Below are positions 30,666 to 32,000 of a DNA stretch of 32,000 nucleotides, in pieces. Origin of the DNA: Candidatus Saccharimonadota bacterium (lineage in GTDB: Bacteria; Patescibacteriota; Saccharimonadia; Saccharimonadales; UBA4665); contig CP025011.1 in assembly GCA_002952755.1 (NCBI GenBank), positions 900,001 through 932,000 on the forward strand, read 5' to 3'. The notes under the pieces are model-generated. The model did not search any database. It worked only from the letters and a program-made list of their open reading frames with translations, and had not been told where the DNA came from. The translations under genes were made by a program, and so were the position numbers. Every line of letters starts with the position of its first letter. Within the stretch, counting starts at the first letter, position 1.

Positions 30666-32000
30666 ATGGATCGCCCAAAGGCATTAAGGGCCGATACGAT
30701 TCAACTTGCAGAAACAGTTCTGGGTCAACCATATTTTAGTGACCCACTATTAGAAACAGCTCTTCATGCTGACCCCTCTCAATTCCACGAAGATACGTAT
30801 AATGCACGGCATCTAATACACACTGCAGTGTTACGGGGTTTAGCGAGCTTGCGCCACGCAGACCGGCTTGCGAGAAATGGTGACTTCGACCCCACGACCT
30901 GGCAGCCTTCTGATGGCGACTTAGAGGCGCTGCGCACCCAGCTATCGCCCGCCATTGCACGAATTGCTATTCTCAATAACTTTGATGCTTGGATGGACAG
31001 AACTAAGTATGGCAGCGCCGCAGGCCTCTGGCCCCTGCAACAAGTGGCGATGAATGATACATGGAAAACACTCAAAGAGCTACCCAAAGATTCGCGTGAT
31101 CCAAATAGTAATTTTGGCGTTTCTACCCGCTTTGAACTAGCGACGGGCTTTGGCAAAACCATCCTTGCGTTAAAAACAGCACAGGCTGCGGGTGTCGGCC
31201 AAATTATTGGAGGTTCTGTGCCGGTGAAACCCCGGATGCTATATGTGACGTCCCGAAGGCACCTCATCCGGCAGCTCAAAGAGGACGCCGCGAAGCATAC
31301 TCCTGACATTCCCGTCAGCAAATTATATTGGGTAAATTCGCATGCACCCGACGGCATAGCAGCTACTACCTATCCGGCTCTTATAGAACGGCTCGAACGA
31401 GATGCAGACTTTCTTAATAATTACAGAGGGGGCATTGTTTGCCTTGATGAAGTCCACAACAGCCTAGGCCCCTTATTCCAAGAAAAGATTGAGGATGTAA
31501 AAAAGGACACCTTAGTATTAGCATATACAGCCACGCCCAGCTATGCCGATGGCCGAACTGTAAGAGACCTCTTTCCCCATCTGACATCAGAATACGATAT
31601 ACCTACCTGCATCCAGAATGGTGCAATACGCGGCGTACAGCTACTGGCCATCTCATCCGGCCATGAATTTACAATCGACACGAAAGATCTCAATGACGAT
31701 GACCTTGCTCTAGGAGATTTTAGAACTAGCGATCTATATGCACTTGTCGATAGCCACGATCGCAATACTCAGATTGCCGATATCGCACAAGCCTTCGTAG
31801 AGGGAGGCAGACCGGCTTATATTTCTTGTATACCGGGCAGAAAATGCCGCCACAGCCAATTACTAAAAGGAATATTGGACCAACGGCAGATTGTCGACGC
31901 CGTCACAGGTGAGACACGTCTACTGCGGGCCGAAATCGTCAATTCATACCTCCCCCGTGCTGAGGTAAAAAAGCACAAAGCTGCATTTGAAGCTGGCGAG
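30666..32000 (+). CDS. SF2 (DEAD/DEAH, ResIII-like) helicase with a ~150-aa N-terminal region of unknown type; 3' end outside window
   Basis: Not in the ORF track because it is open-ended. My translation from ATG 30666 is open to base 32000 (445 codons): ...FELATGFGKTILA (motif I), VCLDEVHNS (motif II), LAYTATPS (motif III). The antisense track ORFs here are Ser/Arg/Cys-rich shadows. Confidence 0.8.
   Translation, partial: MDRPKALRADTIQLAETVLGQPYFSDPLLETALHADPSQFHEDTYNARHLIHTAVLRGLASLRHADRLARNGDFDPTTWQPSDGDLEALRTQLSPAIARIAILNNFDAWMDRTKYGSAAGLWPLQQVAMNDTWKTLKELPKDSRDPNSNFGVSTRFELATGFGKTILALKTAQAAGVGQIIGGSVPVKPRMLYVTSRRHLIRQLKEDAAKHTPDIPVSKLYWVNSHAPDGIAATTYPALIERLERDADFLNNYRGGIVCLDEVHNSLGPLFQEKIEDVKKDTLVLAYTATPSYADGRTVRDLFPHLTSEYDIPTCIQNGAIRGVQLLAISSGHEFTIDTKDLNDDDLALGDFRTSDLYALVDSHDRNTQIADIAQAFVEGGRPAYISCIPGRKCRHSQLLKGILDQRQIVDAVTGETRLLRAEIVNSYLPRAEVKKHKAAFEAGE

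Noticed and set aside
1-32000. Search for CRISPR arrays, IS elements/transposases, integrases, prophage genes and rRNA/tRNA genes
   Set aside because: No regularly spaced direct repeats were seen, no DDE or tyrosine/serine recombinase motifs appear in any long ORF, and no cloverleaf or rRNA-like segments occur in the intergenic regions. None reported.

Overview
This is a gene-dense 32-kb window, about 90% coding and mostly on the plus strand. It reads like the chromosome of a reduced-genome bacterium. My inference is Patescibacteria/CPR, Saccharibacteria-like, based on a split transketolase, class I aldolase, RpiB, a PfkB-family kinase, many orphan proteins and no biosynthetic operons.

Content in order:
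- A thymidylate block: dCMP-deaminase fragment, a DHFR-family gene, a 489-nt structured non-coding gap, and Tmk fused to a degenerate ThyX-like domain.
- Two large orphan genes arranged divergently (2782-5749), bracketed by small terminator-ended transcription units.
- A 978-aa M20-M20-GGCT-like fusion protein, preceded by what reads as a leader-peptide attenuator.
- rplJ-rplL with a leader, an orphan gene, dnaX-dnaB, murD, FNR-like plus GDPD genes, ppa, a Nudix gene and a HAD-like orphan.
- A carbohydrate block (gap, rpiB, rpe, tktN/tktC, class I fba, PfkB kinase) interleaved with orphan and membrane proteins.
- A GT-C membrane protein, ybaB-recR, and a partial SF2 helicase running off the 3' edge.

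I found no rRNA, tRNA, CRISPR array, transposase, integrase or phage genes.

The candidates I rate highest:
1. A promoter, Leu/Val/Ile-rich sORF and competing-hairpin attenuator at 5814-5957.
2. The Tmk/pseudo-ThyX fusion.
3. The 489-nt structured RNA-like gap at 687-1175.
4. The orphan gene pair at 2782-5749 with its own terminator-ended leader.
5. The long inverted repeat at 19050-19152.

Every functional call comes from reading motifs by eye. No database search was run.
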